Shown here one piece after another: positions 14,784 to 28,651 of a stretch of 64,000 nucleotides of DNA (position 1 is its first letter; the number at the start of each line of letters is the position of its first letter). The DNA comes from Escherichia coli (GTDB lineage: Bacteria; Pseudomonadota; Gammaproteobacteria; Enterobacterales; Enterobacteriaceae). The notes under the pieces were generated by a model, which was given only the letters and a program-made list of their open reading frames with translations, did not search any database and was not told where the DNA came from. The stretch lies in assembly GCF_046105845.1 (NCBI RefSeq), contig NZ_CP151004.1, one strand, 5' to 3'. The translations under genes and the position numbers were made by a program.

Positions 14784-17700
14784 GTGAGGCGATTGCCGGG
14801 GATTTTACTGCTTACTGGAGCCGCGCTCGTTGTGATCGCTGCCCTGCTGGTTAGCGGCCTGCGTATTGCTTTACCGCATCTTGACGCCTGGCGTCCGGAA
14901 ATCCTCAACAAAATAGAATCCGCGACTGGCATGCCGGTAGAAGCCAGTCAGCTCTCAGCCAGCTGGCAGAATTTTGGCCCGACGCTTGAAGCGCACGACA
15001 TCCGTGCAGAACTAAAAGATGGCGGCGAATTTTCGGTTAAACGCGTTACTCTGGCGCTGGATGTCTGGCAAAGCCTGTTACATATGCGCTGGCAATTTCG
15101 TGATCTCACTTTCTGGCAGCTGCGCTTTCGCACCAACACTCCTATCACCAGCGGTGGTGGTAATGATAGCCTGGAAGCCAGTCACATCAGCGATCTGTTT
15201 CTTCGTCAGTTCGACCATTTTGATCTCCGCGACAGTGAAGTCAGTTTCCTGACGCCATCCGGTCAGCGCGCCGAGCTGGCGATCCCACAACTCACCTGGC
15301 TGAACGATCCACGTCGACACCGTGCAGAAGGCCTGGTAAGCCTCTCCAGCCTTACCGGACAGCACGGCGTGATGCAGGTGCGCATGGATTTGCGTGATGA
15401 TGAGGGGTTGTTAAGCAATGGTCGCGTCTGGCTCCAGGCGGATGACATCGACCTGAAGCCGTGGCTCGGTAAATGGATGCAGGACAATATTGCGCTGGAA
15501 ACGGCGCAGTTCTCCCTTGAAGGCTGGATGACGATCGATAAAGGCGATGTAACCGGTGGCGACGTCTGGCTGAAACAGGGCGGTGCCAGCTGGTTGGGCG
15601 AGAAGGAAACGCATACGTTGTCGGTGGATAATCTGACCGCGCATATTACGCGTGAAAATCCGGGATGGCAGTTCTCTATTCCCGATACACGGATCACGAT
15701 GGACGGCAAACCCTGGCCGAGCGGAGCATTGACGCTGGCCTGGATACCGGAACAGGACGTTGGCGGCAAAGACAATAAACGCAGTGACGAACTCCGGATT
15801 CGCGCCAGTAATCTGGAGCTGGCAGGCCTGGAGGGCATACGTCCGCTGGCCGCGAAACTTTCACCTGCACTGGGTGATGTTTGGCGCTCCACACAACCGA
15901 GCGGCAAGATTAACACTCTGGCGCTGGATATCCCGCTTCAGGCGGCAGACAAGACCCGTTTTCAGGCATCGTGGAGCGATCTGGCCTGGAAGCAATGGAA
16001 ATTATTACCGGGTGCGGAACACTTCTCCGGGACGCTTTCCGGCAGCGTAGAAAATGGTTTGCTTACCGCGTCGATGAAACAGGCAAAGATGCCTTACGAA
16101 ACGGTATTCCGTGCGCCACTGGAAATCGCCGACGGCCAGGCAACGATAAGCTGGCTGAACAATGACAAAGGTTTCCAGCTGGATGGGCGTAATATTGACG
16201 TTAAAGCCAAAGCCGTCCATGCGCGCGGCGGTTTTCGTTACCTGCAACCAGCTAACGATGAACCCTGGCTGGGTATTCTGGCTGGCATCAGTACCGATGA
16301 TGGTTCACAAGCCTGGCGCTATTTCCCGGAAAACTTGATGGGTAAAGACCTGGTTGATTACTTAAGTGGCGCGATTCAGGGCGGTGTAGCGGATAACGCG
16401 ACGCTGGTTTATGGTGGCAATCCGCAACTCTTCCCCTATAAACACAACGAAGGTCAGTTTGAAGTGCTGGTGCCGCTGCGCAACGCGAAGTTTGCCTTCC
16501 AGCCGGACTGGCCTGCATTAACTAACCTTGATATTGAACTGGACTTTATCAACGACGGTTTATGGATGAAAACCGATGGCGTTAATCTGGGCGGCGTGCG
16601 CGCGAGTAATCTCACCGCAGTGATCCCTGACTACTCAAAAGAAAAACTGCTGATTGACGCTGACATTAAAGGCCCGGGTAAAGCCGTTGGCCCTTACTTT
16701 GATGAGACACCGCTGAAAGATTCTCTGGGTGCGACCCTGCAAGAACTCCAGCTCGACGGCGATGTGAATGCTCGCTTACATCTTGATATCCCGCTGAACG
16801 GCGAACTGGTAACCGCGAAAGGTGAAGTGACGCTGCGTAATAACAGTCTGTTTATCAAACCACTCGACAGCACCCTGAAAAATTTGAGCGGTAAATTCAG
16901 CTTTATCAATGGCGATCTGCAAAGTGAACCACTGACAGCAAGCTGGTTTAATCAGCCGTTGAACGTGGATTTTTCCACCAAGGAAGGGGCAAAAGCCTAC
17001 CAGGTAGCGGTAAACCTCAACGGTAACTGGCAACCGGCGAAAACCGGCGTTCTGCCTGAAGCGGTGAACGAAGCATTGAGTGGCAGCGTGGCGTGGGATG
17101 GTAAAGTGGGCATTGATCTGCCTTATCATGCTGGCGCGACCTATAACGTAGAGCTAAACGGCGATTTGAAGAATGTGAGCAGTCACTTACCTTCACCGTT
17201 AGCCAAACCTGCGGGTGAACCACTGCCGGTAAACGTTAAGGTTGATGGCAATCTCAACAGCTTTGAGTTAACCGGACAGGCTGGTGCAGATAACCATTTC
17301 AATAGCCGCTGGTTGCTTGGTCAAAAGCTGACGCTCGACCGTGCTATTTGGGCGGCAGACAGTAAAACGCTCCCGCCGTTGCCGGAACAAAGTGGCGTTG
17401 AACTCAATATGCCGCCGATGAATGGTGCCGAGTGGCTGGCCCTGTTCCAGAAAGGCGCGGCGGAGAGTGTCGGTGGTGCAGCGAGTTTCCCACAACACAT
17501 AACGTTACGTACGCCTATGTTGTCGCTGGGAAATCAGCAATGGAATAACCTGAGTATTGTTTCGCAACCGACGGCAAATGGCACCCTGGTTGAGGCGCAA
17601 GGGCGTGAAATCAACGCCACGCTGGCGATGCGTAATAACGCGCCGTGGCTGGCGAATATCAAATATCTTTATTACAACCCGAGCGTGGCGAAAACTCGTG

Positions 17701-18584
17701 GTGATTCAACACAGTCATCACCTTTCCCGACAACGGGACGCATTAACTTCCGTGGCTGGCCGGACGCACAAATACGATGCGCAGAGTGCTGGTTCTGGGG
17801 GCAAAAATTCGGGCGCATTGACAGTGATATCACCATTTCTGGCAATACATTAACGCTGACTAATGGACTGATTGATACTGGTTTTTCGCGGCTCACTGCC
17901 GATGGTGAATGGGTTAACAATCCGGGAAATGAACGCACCTCGCTGAAAGGAAAACTGCGCGGGCAGAAAATTGATGCCGCCGCAGAATTTTTTGGTGTCA
18001 CGACGCCCATACGCCAGTCGTCATTTAATGTGGATTACGATTTACACTGGCGCAAAGCACCCTGGCAACCAGATGAGGCGACGTTGAATGGCATCATTCA
18101 TACTCAACTGGGCAAAGGCGAAATTACCGAAATCAATACCGGACATGCCGGGCAATTGCTGCGCTTATTGAGCGTTGATGCCCTGATGCGTAAGCTGCGT
18201 TTTGATTTCAGAGACACCTTTGGTGAAGGGTTCTATTTTGACTCCATTCGCAGCACCGCGTGGATTAAAGACGGCGTTATGCACACCGACGACACGCTGG
18301 TGGATGGCCTGGAAGCGGACATTGCCATGAAAGGGTCGGTAAATCTGGTGCGTCGCGACCTGAATATGGAAGCGGTTGTCGCACCAGAGATTTCTGCGAC
18401 GGTGGGCGTGGCTGCGGCTTTTGCGGTTAACCCCATTGTTGGAGCGGCAGTATTTGCAGCCAGTAAAGTGCTGGGGCCGCTGTGGAGCAAAGTCTCTATT
18501 TTGCGCTATCACATTTCGGGTCCGCTGGACGATCCGCAAATCAACGAAGTGTTGCGCCAACCGCGTAAAGAAAAAGCGCAATGA
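14784..18584 (+). CDS. yhdP: AsmA-like envelope protein YhdP (phospholipid transport)
   Basis: 1266-aa ORF with an N-terminal signal anchor; GTG start 6 nt after an AAGGAG Shine-Dalgarno. Confidence 0.93.
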   Translation: MRRLPGILLLTGAALVVIAALLVSGLRIALPHLDAWRPEILNKIESATGMPVEASQLSASWQNFGPTLEAHDIRAELKDGGEFSVKRVTLALDVWQSLLHMRWQFRDLTFWQLRFRTNTPITSGGGNDSLEASHISDLFLRQFDHFDLRDSEVSFLTPSGQRAELAIPQLTWLNDPRRHRAEGLVSLSSLTGQHGVMQVRMDLRDDEGLLSNGRVWLQADDIDLKPWLGKWMQDNIALETAQFSLEGWMTIDKGDVTGGDVWLKQGGASWLGEKETHTLSVDNLTAHITRENPGWQFSIPDTRITMDGKPWPSGALTLAWIPEQDVGGKDNKRSDELRIRASNLELAGLEGIRPLAAKLSPALGDVWRSTQPSGKINTLALDIPLQAADKTRFQASWSDLAWKQWKLLPGAEHFSGTLSGSVENGLLTASMKQAKMPYETVFRAPLEIADGQATISWLNNDKGFQLDGRNIDVKAKAVHARGGFRYLQPANDEPWLGILAGISTDDGSQAWRYFPENLMGKDLVDYLSGAIQGGVADNATLVYGGNPQLFPYKHNEGQFEVLVPLRNAKFAFQPDWPALTNLDIELDFINDGLWMKTDGVNLGGVRASNLTAVIPDYSKEKLLIDADIKGPGKAVGPYFDETPLKDSLGATLQELQLDGDVNARLHLDIPLNGELVTAKGEVTLRNNSLFIKPLDSTLKNLSGKFSFINGDLQSEPLTASWFNQPLNVDFSTKEGAKAYQVAVNLNGNWQPAKTGVLPEAVNEALSGSVAWDGKVGIDLPYHAGATYNVELNGDLKNVSSHLPSPLAKPAGEPLPVNVKVDGNLNSFELTGQAGADNHFNSRWLLGQKLTLDRAIWAADSKTLPPLPEQSGVELNMPPMNGAEWLALFQKGAAESVGGAASFPQHITLRTPMLSLGNQQWNNLSIVSQPTANGTLVEAQGREINATLAMRNNAPWLANIKYLYYNPSVAKTRGDSTQSSPFPTTGRINFRGWPDAQIRCAECWFWGQKFGRIDSDITISGNTLTLTNGLIDTGFSRLTADGEWVNNPGNERTSLKGKLRGQKIDAAAEFFGVTTPIRQSSFNVDYDLHWRKAPWQPDEATLNGIIHTQLGKGEITEINTGHAGQLLRLLSVDALMRKLRFDFRDTFGEGFYFDSIRSTAWIKDGVMHTDDTLVDGLEADIAMKGSVNLVRRDLNMEAVVAPEISATVGVAAAFAVNPIVGAAVFAASKVLGPLWSKVSILRYHISGPLDDPQINEVLRQPRKEKAQ

Positions 18585-18658
18585 TTTGACGAGGGCGCGT
18601 AATTGCCCCAATCTCATATGATAATCGTTGCCAAAGGCCAACGAGCCAGAACATAACC

Positions 18659-18692
18659 GTAGGCCGGACAGGGCGTTCACGCCGCATCCGGC
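18659..18692. repeat. REP (repetitive extragenic palindromic) element, single unit
   Basis: GTAGGCCGGACAGGGCGTTCACGCCGCATCCGGC, a near match to the E. coli REP consensus, in the yhdP-tldD intergenic region. Confidence 0.8.
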
Positions 18693-18724
18693 AGCCGTAA
18701 AAAATCCTCTACTGCAGTAACTAA

Positions 18725-20185
<1,461 letters not shown>

Positions 20186-20236
20186 TAATTTCAGTATTTT
20201 CAGAAGGATAATTAATCCTTTTACGTGCACGAACGG

Positions 20237-20270
20237 TCCCCTCGCCCCTCTGGGATTAGGGTGAGGGGAA
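20237..20270. terminator. GC-rich hairpin between convergent tldD and aaeR (probable bidirectional terminator)
   Basis: TCCCCTCGCCCCT...AGGGTGAGGGGA stem-loop in the 127-bp gap between two convergent stops; weak U-tracts. Confidence 0.45.
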
Positions 20271-20312
20271 CCCGTTGGCACAGGTTTGTACAACGTAACA
20301 GTATAATATTAA

Positions 20313-21242
20313 TTACTTCTCTTTCCCGCGCCCGTGCATCTCCTGAAACAATTTACCGACCTCAACAAAATAATCCGTTAGCGAGTTGATCACGACTTGT
20401 ACCTTCAGCGGCAGCTTATCTTTTTCGGTATATAACGCATAAACCGGGCGTGGATCTGACTGGTAACGTGGCAGCAGGATCTCCAGCTCCCCGCGATTGA
20501 TCTCGTTGATCACCCACATCAGCGGCACGTAGGCGATCCCAGCGCCTGCAGTCAGCCAGCGCACCAGCGTCATCGGATCATTAGTCACAAATCTCCCTTG
20601 CGGGATCAGGCGAGTCGAGATCCCTTCCGGTGCGATCAGTTCAAATTCATTGTCGGGTCGCACGCTGTATTCAAGCCATGAATGACTACTTAAATCGGCG
20701 GGTTTTTCCGGTATGCCGTATTGTGTGAGATAGCTTTTCGCGGCGCACACCACCATTGGCATCGCGCCCAGACGGCGGGAAAACAGGCTGGAATCCTGCA
20801 ACGCGCCGACGCGGATCACCACATCCAGACCATCGGCAATCAGGTCGGGGGCAGGAATTCCGGTAACCAGATTGACGCTCAAACCTGGGTATTCTTTCAG
20901 CATTTTTGCTGTCAGCCCGGCGAGAACATTTTGTGCCATAGTTGAAGAACAGCCAATGCGCAGCGTCCCGATGGGGGTGTTATTGAAGGCATACAGTTGC
21001 TCATGAACATCCTGCACTTCATGGAGCATCCGACGGCAGCCCTGGTAGTAAATTCTGCCGGCTTCAGTCAGGCCAATGCTGCGTGTACTACGGTTTAACA
21101 GCTTTACCTGTAACTCATCTTCCAGTTTTGACACCGTCTGACTGATGGACGAAACGCTCATCTGTAGCTGTCTGGCGGCGGCGGTAAAAGAGCCAAATTC
21201 AACTACTTTGGCAAACACCGACATGCGTTTTAGTCGTTCCAT
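20313..21242 (-). CDS. aaeR: LysR-family transcriptional activator of aaeXAB
   Basis: 309-aa ORF with an N-terminal helix-turn-helix, recognised as AaeR (YhcS); divergent from aaeX. Confidence 0.92.
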   Translation of the reverse strand: MERLKRMSVFAKVVEFGSFTAAARQLQMSVSSISQTVSKLEDELQVKLLNRSTRSIGLTEAGRIYYQGCRRMLHEVQDVHEQLYAFNNTPIGTLRIGCSSTMAQNVLAGLTAKMLKEYPGLSVNLVTGIPAPDLIADGLDVVIRVGALQDSSLFSRRLGAMPMVVCAAKSYLTQYGIPEKPADLSSHSWLEYSVRPDNEFELIAPEGISTRLIPQGRFVTNDPMTLVRWLTAGAGIAYVPLMWVINEINRGELEILLPRYQSDPRPVYALYTEKDKLPLKVQVVINSLTDYFVEVGKLFQEMHGRGKEK

Positions 21243-21424
21243 TATTCACTCTGACTTAAAAGTGATTTAGATCACATAATATAGATAACAGCATAACAGT
21301 TACGCTAATATATTAAATATCAATCTACAGCAATGTTGCTCTCGCCCGGCTTTCCATGCCCTTCTCTGCGGCGACAGATGCTGAAAATAATAACGCCTGC
21401 TCTCTCTATACAACCAAGGTCAAC

Positions 21425-21628
21425 ATGAGTCTGTTTCCCGTTATCGTGGTGTTTGGGCTGTCCTTCCCACCGATATTTTTCGAATTGCTTTTATCACTGG
21501 CGATTTTCTGGCTGGTGCGCCGGGTACTTGTGCCAACAGGTATCTACGACTTTGTCTGGCATCCGGCGTTGTTCAACACCGCGCTCTATTGCTGTTTGTT
21601 TTATTTGATATCGCGACTGTTCGTTTGA
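21425..21628 (+). CDS. aaeX: small membrane protein AaeX
   Basis: 67-aa hydrophobic ORF ([16 protein letters not shown]...) at the internal ATG of the 90-aa track ORF. Confidence 0.85.
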
Positions 21629-21635
21629 GGTTGAA

Positions 21636-22568
21636 GTGAAAACACTAATAAGAAAATTCTCCCGTACGGCCATCACGGTCGTATTAGTCATTCTGGCCTT
21701 CATCGCAATTTTTAATGCCTGGGTCTATTACACCGAATCCCCGTGGACGCGTGACGCGCGCTTTAGCGCTGACGTCGTTGCGATCGCGCCGGACGTTTCT
21801 GGACTTATCACCCAGGTGAATGTTCATGATAACCAGCTGGTGAAAAAAGGACAGGTACTGTTCACCATCGACCAGCCGCGCTATCAAAAGGCGCTTGAGG
21901 AAGCGCAAGCCGATGTTGCTTATTATCAGGTACTGGCACAGGAGAAACGCCAGGAGGCCGGACGTCGTAACCGTCTCGGTGTGCAGGCGATGTCTCGCGA
22001 AGAGATCGATCAGGCCAACAACGTACTACAAACGGTTCTGCATCAGTTAGCGAAAGCGCAGGCGACCCGCGATCTGGCAAAACTGGATCTTGAACGCACG
22101 GTGATCCGCGCGCCAGCAGATGGCTGGGTGACCAACCTCAACGTCTATACCGGTGAGTTTATTACCCGTGGATCAACGGCGGTTGCGCTGGTGAAACAGA
22201 ACTCCTTCTATGTACTGGCCTATATGGAAGAAACTAAGCTGGAAGGGGTGCGCCCTGGGTATCGTGCAGAGATCACGCCGCTTGGCAGTAACAAAGTGCT
22301 AAAAGGGACTGTTGATAGTGTTGCCGCAGGGGTCACCAACGCCAGCAGCACGCGTGACGACAAAGGGATGGCGACCATCGACTCTAACCTTGAATGGGTG
22401 CGTTTGGCGCAACGTGTTCCGGTTCGTATTCGTCTCGACAACCAGCAAGAGAACATCTGGCCTGCGGGCACCACTGCTACAGTGGTGGTCACTGGCAAAC
22501 AAGATCGCGACGAAAGCCAGGATTCGTTCTTCCGTAAAATGGCCCATCGCCTGCGTGAGTTTGGTTAA
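21636..22568 (+). CDS. aaeA: p-hydroxybenzoic acid efflux pump subunit AaeA
   Basis: 310-aa ORF recognised as AaeA (membrane-fusion protein); GTG start. Confidence 0.92.
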
Positions 22569-22573
22569 TCACG

Positions 22574-24541
22574 ATGGGTATTTTCTCCATTGCTAACCAA
22601 CATATTCGCTTTGCGGTAAAACTGGCGACCGCCATTGTACTGGCGCTGTTTGTTGGCTTTCACTTCCAGCTGGAAACGCCACGCTGGGCAGTACTGACAG
22701 CGGCGATTGTTGCCGCCGGTCCGGCCTTTGCTGCGGGAGGTGAACCGTATTCTGGCGCTATTCGCTATCGTGGCTTTTTGCGCATCATCGGCACATTTAT
22801 TGGCTGTATTGCCGGACTGGTGATCATCATTGCGATGATCCGCGCACCATTATTGATGATTCTGGTGTGCTGTATCTGGGCCGGTTTTTGTACCTGGATA
22901 TCCTCGCTGGTACGAATAGAAAACTCGTATGCGTGGGGGCTGGCCGGTTATACCGCGCTGATCATTGTGATCACCATTCAGCCGGAACCATTGCTTACGC
23001 CGCAGTTTGCCGTCGAACGTTGTAGCGAGATCGTTATCGGTATTGTGTGTGCGATTATGGCGGATTTGCTCTTTTCTCCGCGATCGATCAAACAAGAAGT
23101 GGATCGAGAGCTGGAAAGTTTGCTGGTCGCGCAATATCAATTAATGCAACTCTGTATTAAGCATGGCGATGGTGAAGTTGTCGATAAAGCCTGGGGCGAT
23201 CTGGTGCGACGCACCACGGCGTTACAAGGTATGCGCAGCAACCTGAATATGGAATCTTCCCGCTGGGCGCGGGCCAATCGACGTTTAAAAGCGATCAATA
23301 CGCTATCGCTGACGCTGATTACACAATCCTGCGAAACTTATCTTATTCAGAATACGCGCCCGGAATTGATCACTGATACTTTCCGCGAATTTTTTGACAC
23401 GCCGGTAGAAACCGCGCAGGACGTCCACAAGCAGCTCAAACGCCTGCGGAGAGTTATCGCCTGGACCGGGGAACGGGAAACGCCTGTCACCATTTATAGC
23501 TGGGTCGCGGCGGCAACGCGTTATCAGCTTCTCAAGCGCGGCGTTATCAGTAACACAAAAATCAACGCCACCGAAGAAGAGATCCTGCAAGGCGAACCGG
23601 AAGTCAAAGTAGAGTCAGCCGAACGTCATCATGCGATGGTTAACTTCTGGCGAACCACTCTTTCCTGCATTCTGGGGACGCTTTTCTGGCTGTGGACGGG
23701 CTGGACTTCCGGCAGTGGTGCAATGGTGATGATTGCGGTAGTGACGTCACTGGCAATGCGTTTGCCAAATCCACGCATGGTGGCGATCGACTTTATCTAC
23801 GGGACGCTGGCCGCGCTGCCGTTAGGGCTGCTCTACTTTTTGGTGATTATCCCTAATACTCAACAGAGCATGTTGCTGCTGTGTATTAGCCTGGCAGTGC
23901 TGGGATTCTTCCTCGGTATAGAAGTACAGAAACGGCGACTGGGCTCGATGGGGGCGCTGGCCAGCACCATAAATATTATCGTGCTGGATAACCCGATGAC
24001 TTTCCATTTCAGTCAGTTTCTCGACAGCGCATTAGGGCAAATCGTCGGCTGTGTGCTCGCGTTCACCGTTATTTTGCTGGTGCGGGATAAATCGCGCGAC
24101 AGGACTGGACGTGTACTGCTTAATCAGTTCGTTTCTGCTGCTGTTTCCGCGATGACTACCAATGTGGCACGTCGTAAAGAGAACCACCTCCCGGCACTTT
24201 ATCAGCAGCTGTTTTTGCTGATGAATAAGTTCCCAGGGGATTTGCCGAAATTTCGCCTGGCGCTGACGATGATTATCGCGCACCAGCGCCTGCGTGATGC
24301 GCCGATCCCGGTTAACGAGGATTTATCGGCGTTTCACCGACAAATGCGCCGCACAGCAGACCATGTGATATCTGCCCGTAGCGATGATAAACGTCGTCGG
24401 TACTTTGGCCAGTTGCTGGAAGAACTTGAAATCTATCAGGAAAAGCTACGCATCTGGCAAGCGCCACCGCAGGTGACGGAACCGGTTCATCGGCTGGCGG
24501 GGATGCTCCATAAGTATCAACATGCGTTGACCGATAGTTAA
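22574..24541 (+). CDS. aaeB: p-hydroxybenzoic acid efflux pump subunit AaeB
   Basis: 655-aa polytopic membrane ORF recognised as AaeB. Confidence 0.92.
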
Positions 24542-24545
24542 GTCA

Positions 24546-24573
24546 AAACCGACGCCAAAAGCGTCGGTTTTTT
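24546..24573 (+). terminator. rho-independent terminator after aaeB
   Basis: ACCGACGC-CAAAA-GCGTCGGT hairpin followed by a T6 run. Confidence 0.8.
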
Positions 24574-24632
24574 CATGGCTATACTTAGCGATGAACGGCA
24601 GAACTCGCCGCGAAACGTGACGGTGGCAACAG

Positions 24633-24905
24633 ATGAATATTTATACCTTTGATTTTGATGAGATTGAGAGTCAGGAGGATTTTTATCGCGACTTCAGCCA
24701 AGCCTTTGGTCTGGCGAAAGATAAGGTACGCGATCTCGACTCACTATGGGATGTGTTAATGAACGATGTCCTGCCGCTACCACTTGAGATTGAATTTGTT
24801 CATCTGGGAGAGAAAACGCGTCGCCGTTTTGGCGCGTTAATATTGCTGTTTGATGAGGCAGAGGAAGAGCTGGAAGGGCATTTGCGTTTTAATGTTCGTC
24901 ATTAG
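24633..24905 (+). CDS. yhcO: barstar-like protein YhcO
   Basis: 90-aa ORF recognised as YhcO ([21 protein letters not shown]...). Confidence 0.88.
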   Translation: MNIYTFDFDEIESQEDFYRDFSQAFGLAKDKVRDLDSLWDVLMNDVLPLPLEIEFVHLGEKTRRRFGALILLFDEAEEELEGHLRFNVRH

Positions 24906-24907
24906 CG

Positions 24908-24933
24908 CAAAAAAAAGCCCCCGAACCGGGGGC
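24908..24933 (-). terminator. rho-independent terminator after yhcN
   Basis: GCCCCCG-AA-CCGGGGGC hairpin preceded on the plus strand by an A-run, which is a T-run on the minus strand. Confidence 0.7.
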
Positions 24934-24960
24934 AATATCGTCGGACAAGACGATGAGGGT

Positions 24961-25224
24961 TTATTTGTACAGTTCAGCCGTAGCGTGCCAAGTGTCACCA
25001 CTACGAGCTTCCGTAATCTGGTAGGCCGTTGCGCCTTTCTCTTCCGCTTTTTTGTTCAGCATTTCACGCATATCCATTGGCGAAGACGCCACACCACTTA
25101 CGGATACGGTCCCGATTGCTTCACGATTTTGTGCTTGTGCAGCATCAATGGAGTCGGCAGCGAATGCACCGAAAGAGAGAACAGAAAGTACGCTTAATGC
25201 AGCAACAGTGGTTTTGATTTTCAT
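24961..25224 (-). CDS. yhcN: periplasmic stress protein YhcN (BhsA/YdgH family)
   Basis: 87-aa product with a signal peptide (MKIKTTVAALSVLSVLSFGAFA); start at the internal ATG of the 104-aa track ORF. Confidence 0.88.
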   Translation of the reverse strand: MKIKTTVAALSVLSVLSFGAFAADSIDAAQAQNREAIGTVSVSGVASSPMDMREMLNKKAEEKGATAYQITEARSGDTWHATAELYK

Positions 25225-25588
25225 GATTTTTACCTCGACATAATCTTTTAGCTGGGCCTTTGTTTCGTGACCCATATCACAAAATCAAGTATACACTAAT
25301 TGTTGGACTAATTAATACCACGCTAACTGTTTCAGTTGATACTAAGTGTTAAAAATGTGAATTTTAATAACAAAAAAGAATTAAAAACACGGTTATTTAT
25401 TATTAATTCTATTGTTTTCAATTAGATAATGAATTTTGCATAATGTGCTTTTTTTACCGTATGTATTCATTGTGTGAATGACATGTCGCAGTAAAACGCA
25501 CTATTCGTTAAATTAATCGCAGAGGAAAGCAGGGGGTTGAGAGGGATAAGCAACATTTTCCCCGCCGCCAGAAGCGACGGGGCAGAGA

Positions 25589-26062
<474 letters not shown>

Positions 26063-26082
26063 TCACCCGATATGGTGGTTGA

Positions 26083-26122
26083 TACAACATTATTGTGCAT
26101 ACAGATGAATTTTTATGCAAAC
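26083..26122 (-). promoter_or_regulatory. putative ARG-box operator in the argR promoter
   Basis: TGAAT-N4-ATGCA half-sites (ATGAATTTTTATGCA) about 45 bp upstream of the argR start; argR is known to be autoregulated. Confidence 0.45.
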
Positions 26123-26418
26123 AGTCAGCCCTGAAGAAGGCTGAAATAATGTTATGAAAGAGCGGGATTTTATCAAATTTCGTTATTGAGAAACATGCCT
26201 GCGTCACGGCATGCAAATTCTGCTTAAAAGTAAATTAATTGTTATCAAATTGATGTTGTTTTGGCTGAACGGTAGGGTATATTGTCACCACCTGTTGGAA
26301 TGTTGCGCTAATGCATAAGCGACTGTTAATTACGTAAGTTAGGTTCCTGATTACGGCAATTAAATGCATAAACGCTAAACTTGCGTGACTACACATTCTT
26401 GAGATGTGGTCATTGTAA

Positions 26419-27432
<1,014 letters not shown>

Positions 27433-27449
27433 TTGATTAGCGGATAATA

Positions 27450-27484
27450 AAAAACCGGAGCATAGACTCCGGTTTTTTGTTTTG
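27450..27484. terminator. bidirectional rho-independent terminator between mdh and degS
   Basis: CCGGAG...CTCCGG hairpin flanked by an A-run on one side and a T-run on the other, between convergent stops. Confidence 0.8.
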
Positions 27485-27494
27485 AGCGCACGAC

Positions 27495-28562
27495 TTAATT
27501 GGTTGCCGGATATTCCTGAATGGTGACCTGCAGCGTTAACTGCTTATCATCACGCATCACTACAACCGGGATCACCGAACCAGGGCGAATTTCCGCCACC
27601 TGATCCATCGTCTCCAGAGCAGAGATGGCCGGTTTGTTATCCACCGAAATAATCAGATCGTTGACCTGAATACCCGCATTCGCCGCCGGGCCGTCAGGTG
27701 ACACTTCATTAACCACGATCCCTTGCAGTTGATCTATACCACCGCCCTGCGCGTGCAGTGGTGCGATCTCACGTCCGCCGATACCAATGTAGCCGCGGAT
27801 CACGCGACCATCGCGGATCAGCTTATCCATAATTTTGGTTGCTAACTGGAAAGGAATCGCAAAGCCGATACCTTCCGGCGTTTCGCCATCGTTACTCTTA
27901 TCAAACGACAGCGTGTTAATGCCCATCAGTTCGCCCAGCGAGTTCACCAGCGCGCCGCCAGAGTTACCGTGGTTAATGGAAGCATCGGTTTGCAGGAAGT
28001 TTTGCCGCCCGGTCGGGTTCAGACCAATTCGACCCGTGGCACTAATAATCCCCTGGGTAATGGTCTGCCCGAGGTTGTACGGGTTACCGATCGCCAGTAC
28101 CACGTCGCCAATGTGCGGTACGCGACGTGCATTGATTGGAATGGTAGGTAAACCGCCAGTGGCATTAATTTTAAGTACCGCCAGATCGGTTAGAGAGTCA
28201 GATCCCACCAGCAATGCTTCAAATACACGTCCATCCTGTAAGGCGACGATGATCTGATCGGCGTCGTTGATGACGTGTTTATTGGTGATGATATAACCGC
28301 GTTGATCCATGATTACACCGGATCCCAGGGTGCGGATCTCAAGCTGGTTGTGAGAGTTGGTGTTCAAACCACGGTTGTAAACGTTAACCACCGCTGGCGC
28401 GGCGCGGCGAACCGCCAGATTATAGCTGGCAGGCGTCTCATCGGTACTGTCAAATTGCGGAGTGGAAAGCGGGTTAAGGCTGCGCAGCGAAGGCATGGCA
28501 ACCAGCAGAATAGCGCCGACAATTAATCCAATCGCAACGGAACGTAAGAGCTTCACAAACAT
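27495..28562 (-). CDS. degS: envelope-stress sensor protease DegS
   Basis: 355-aa ORF with an N-terminal membrane anchor, a trypsin-like GNSGGAL motif and a PDZ domain. Confidence 0.94.
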   Translation of the reverse strand: MFVKLLRSVAIGLIVGAILLVAMPSLRSLNPLSTPQFDSTDETPASYNLAVRRAAPAVVNVYNRGLNTNSHNQLEIRTLGSGVIMDQRGYIITNKHVINDADQIIVALQDGRVFEALLVGSDSLTDLAVLKINATGGLPTIPINARRVPHIGDVVLAIGNPYNLGQTITQGIISATGRIGLNPTGRQNFLQTDASINHGNSGGALVNSLGELMGINTLSFDKSNDGETPEGIGFAIPFQLATKIMDKLIRDGRVIRGYIGIGGREIAPLHAQGGGIDQLQGIVVNEVSPDGPAANAGIQVNDLIISVDNKPAISALETMDQVAEIRPGSVIPVVVMRDDKQLTLQVTIQEYPATN

Positions 28563-28651
28563 GATGGAGGCGTCATTAAAAAAGGGAACGGCAGCAGCAT
28601 ACCACGAGTTAACCGGACATCACACGACAGCCTGATGCCCGGTTTACGACA

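Noticed and set aside
15263-15916. 217-aa minus-strand ORF inside yhdP, and other ORFs antisense to yhdP
   Set aside because: Antisense to the 1266-aa yhdP reading frame; Ser/Pro/Arg-rich composition typical of out-of-frame translation of GC-rich coding DNA.
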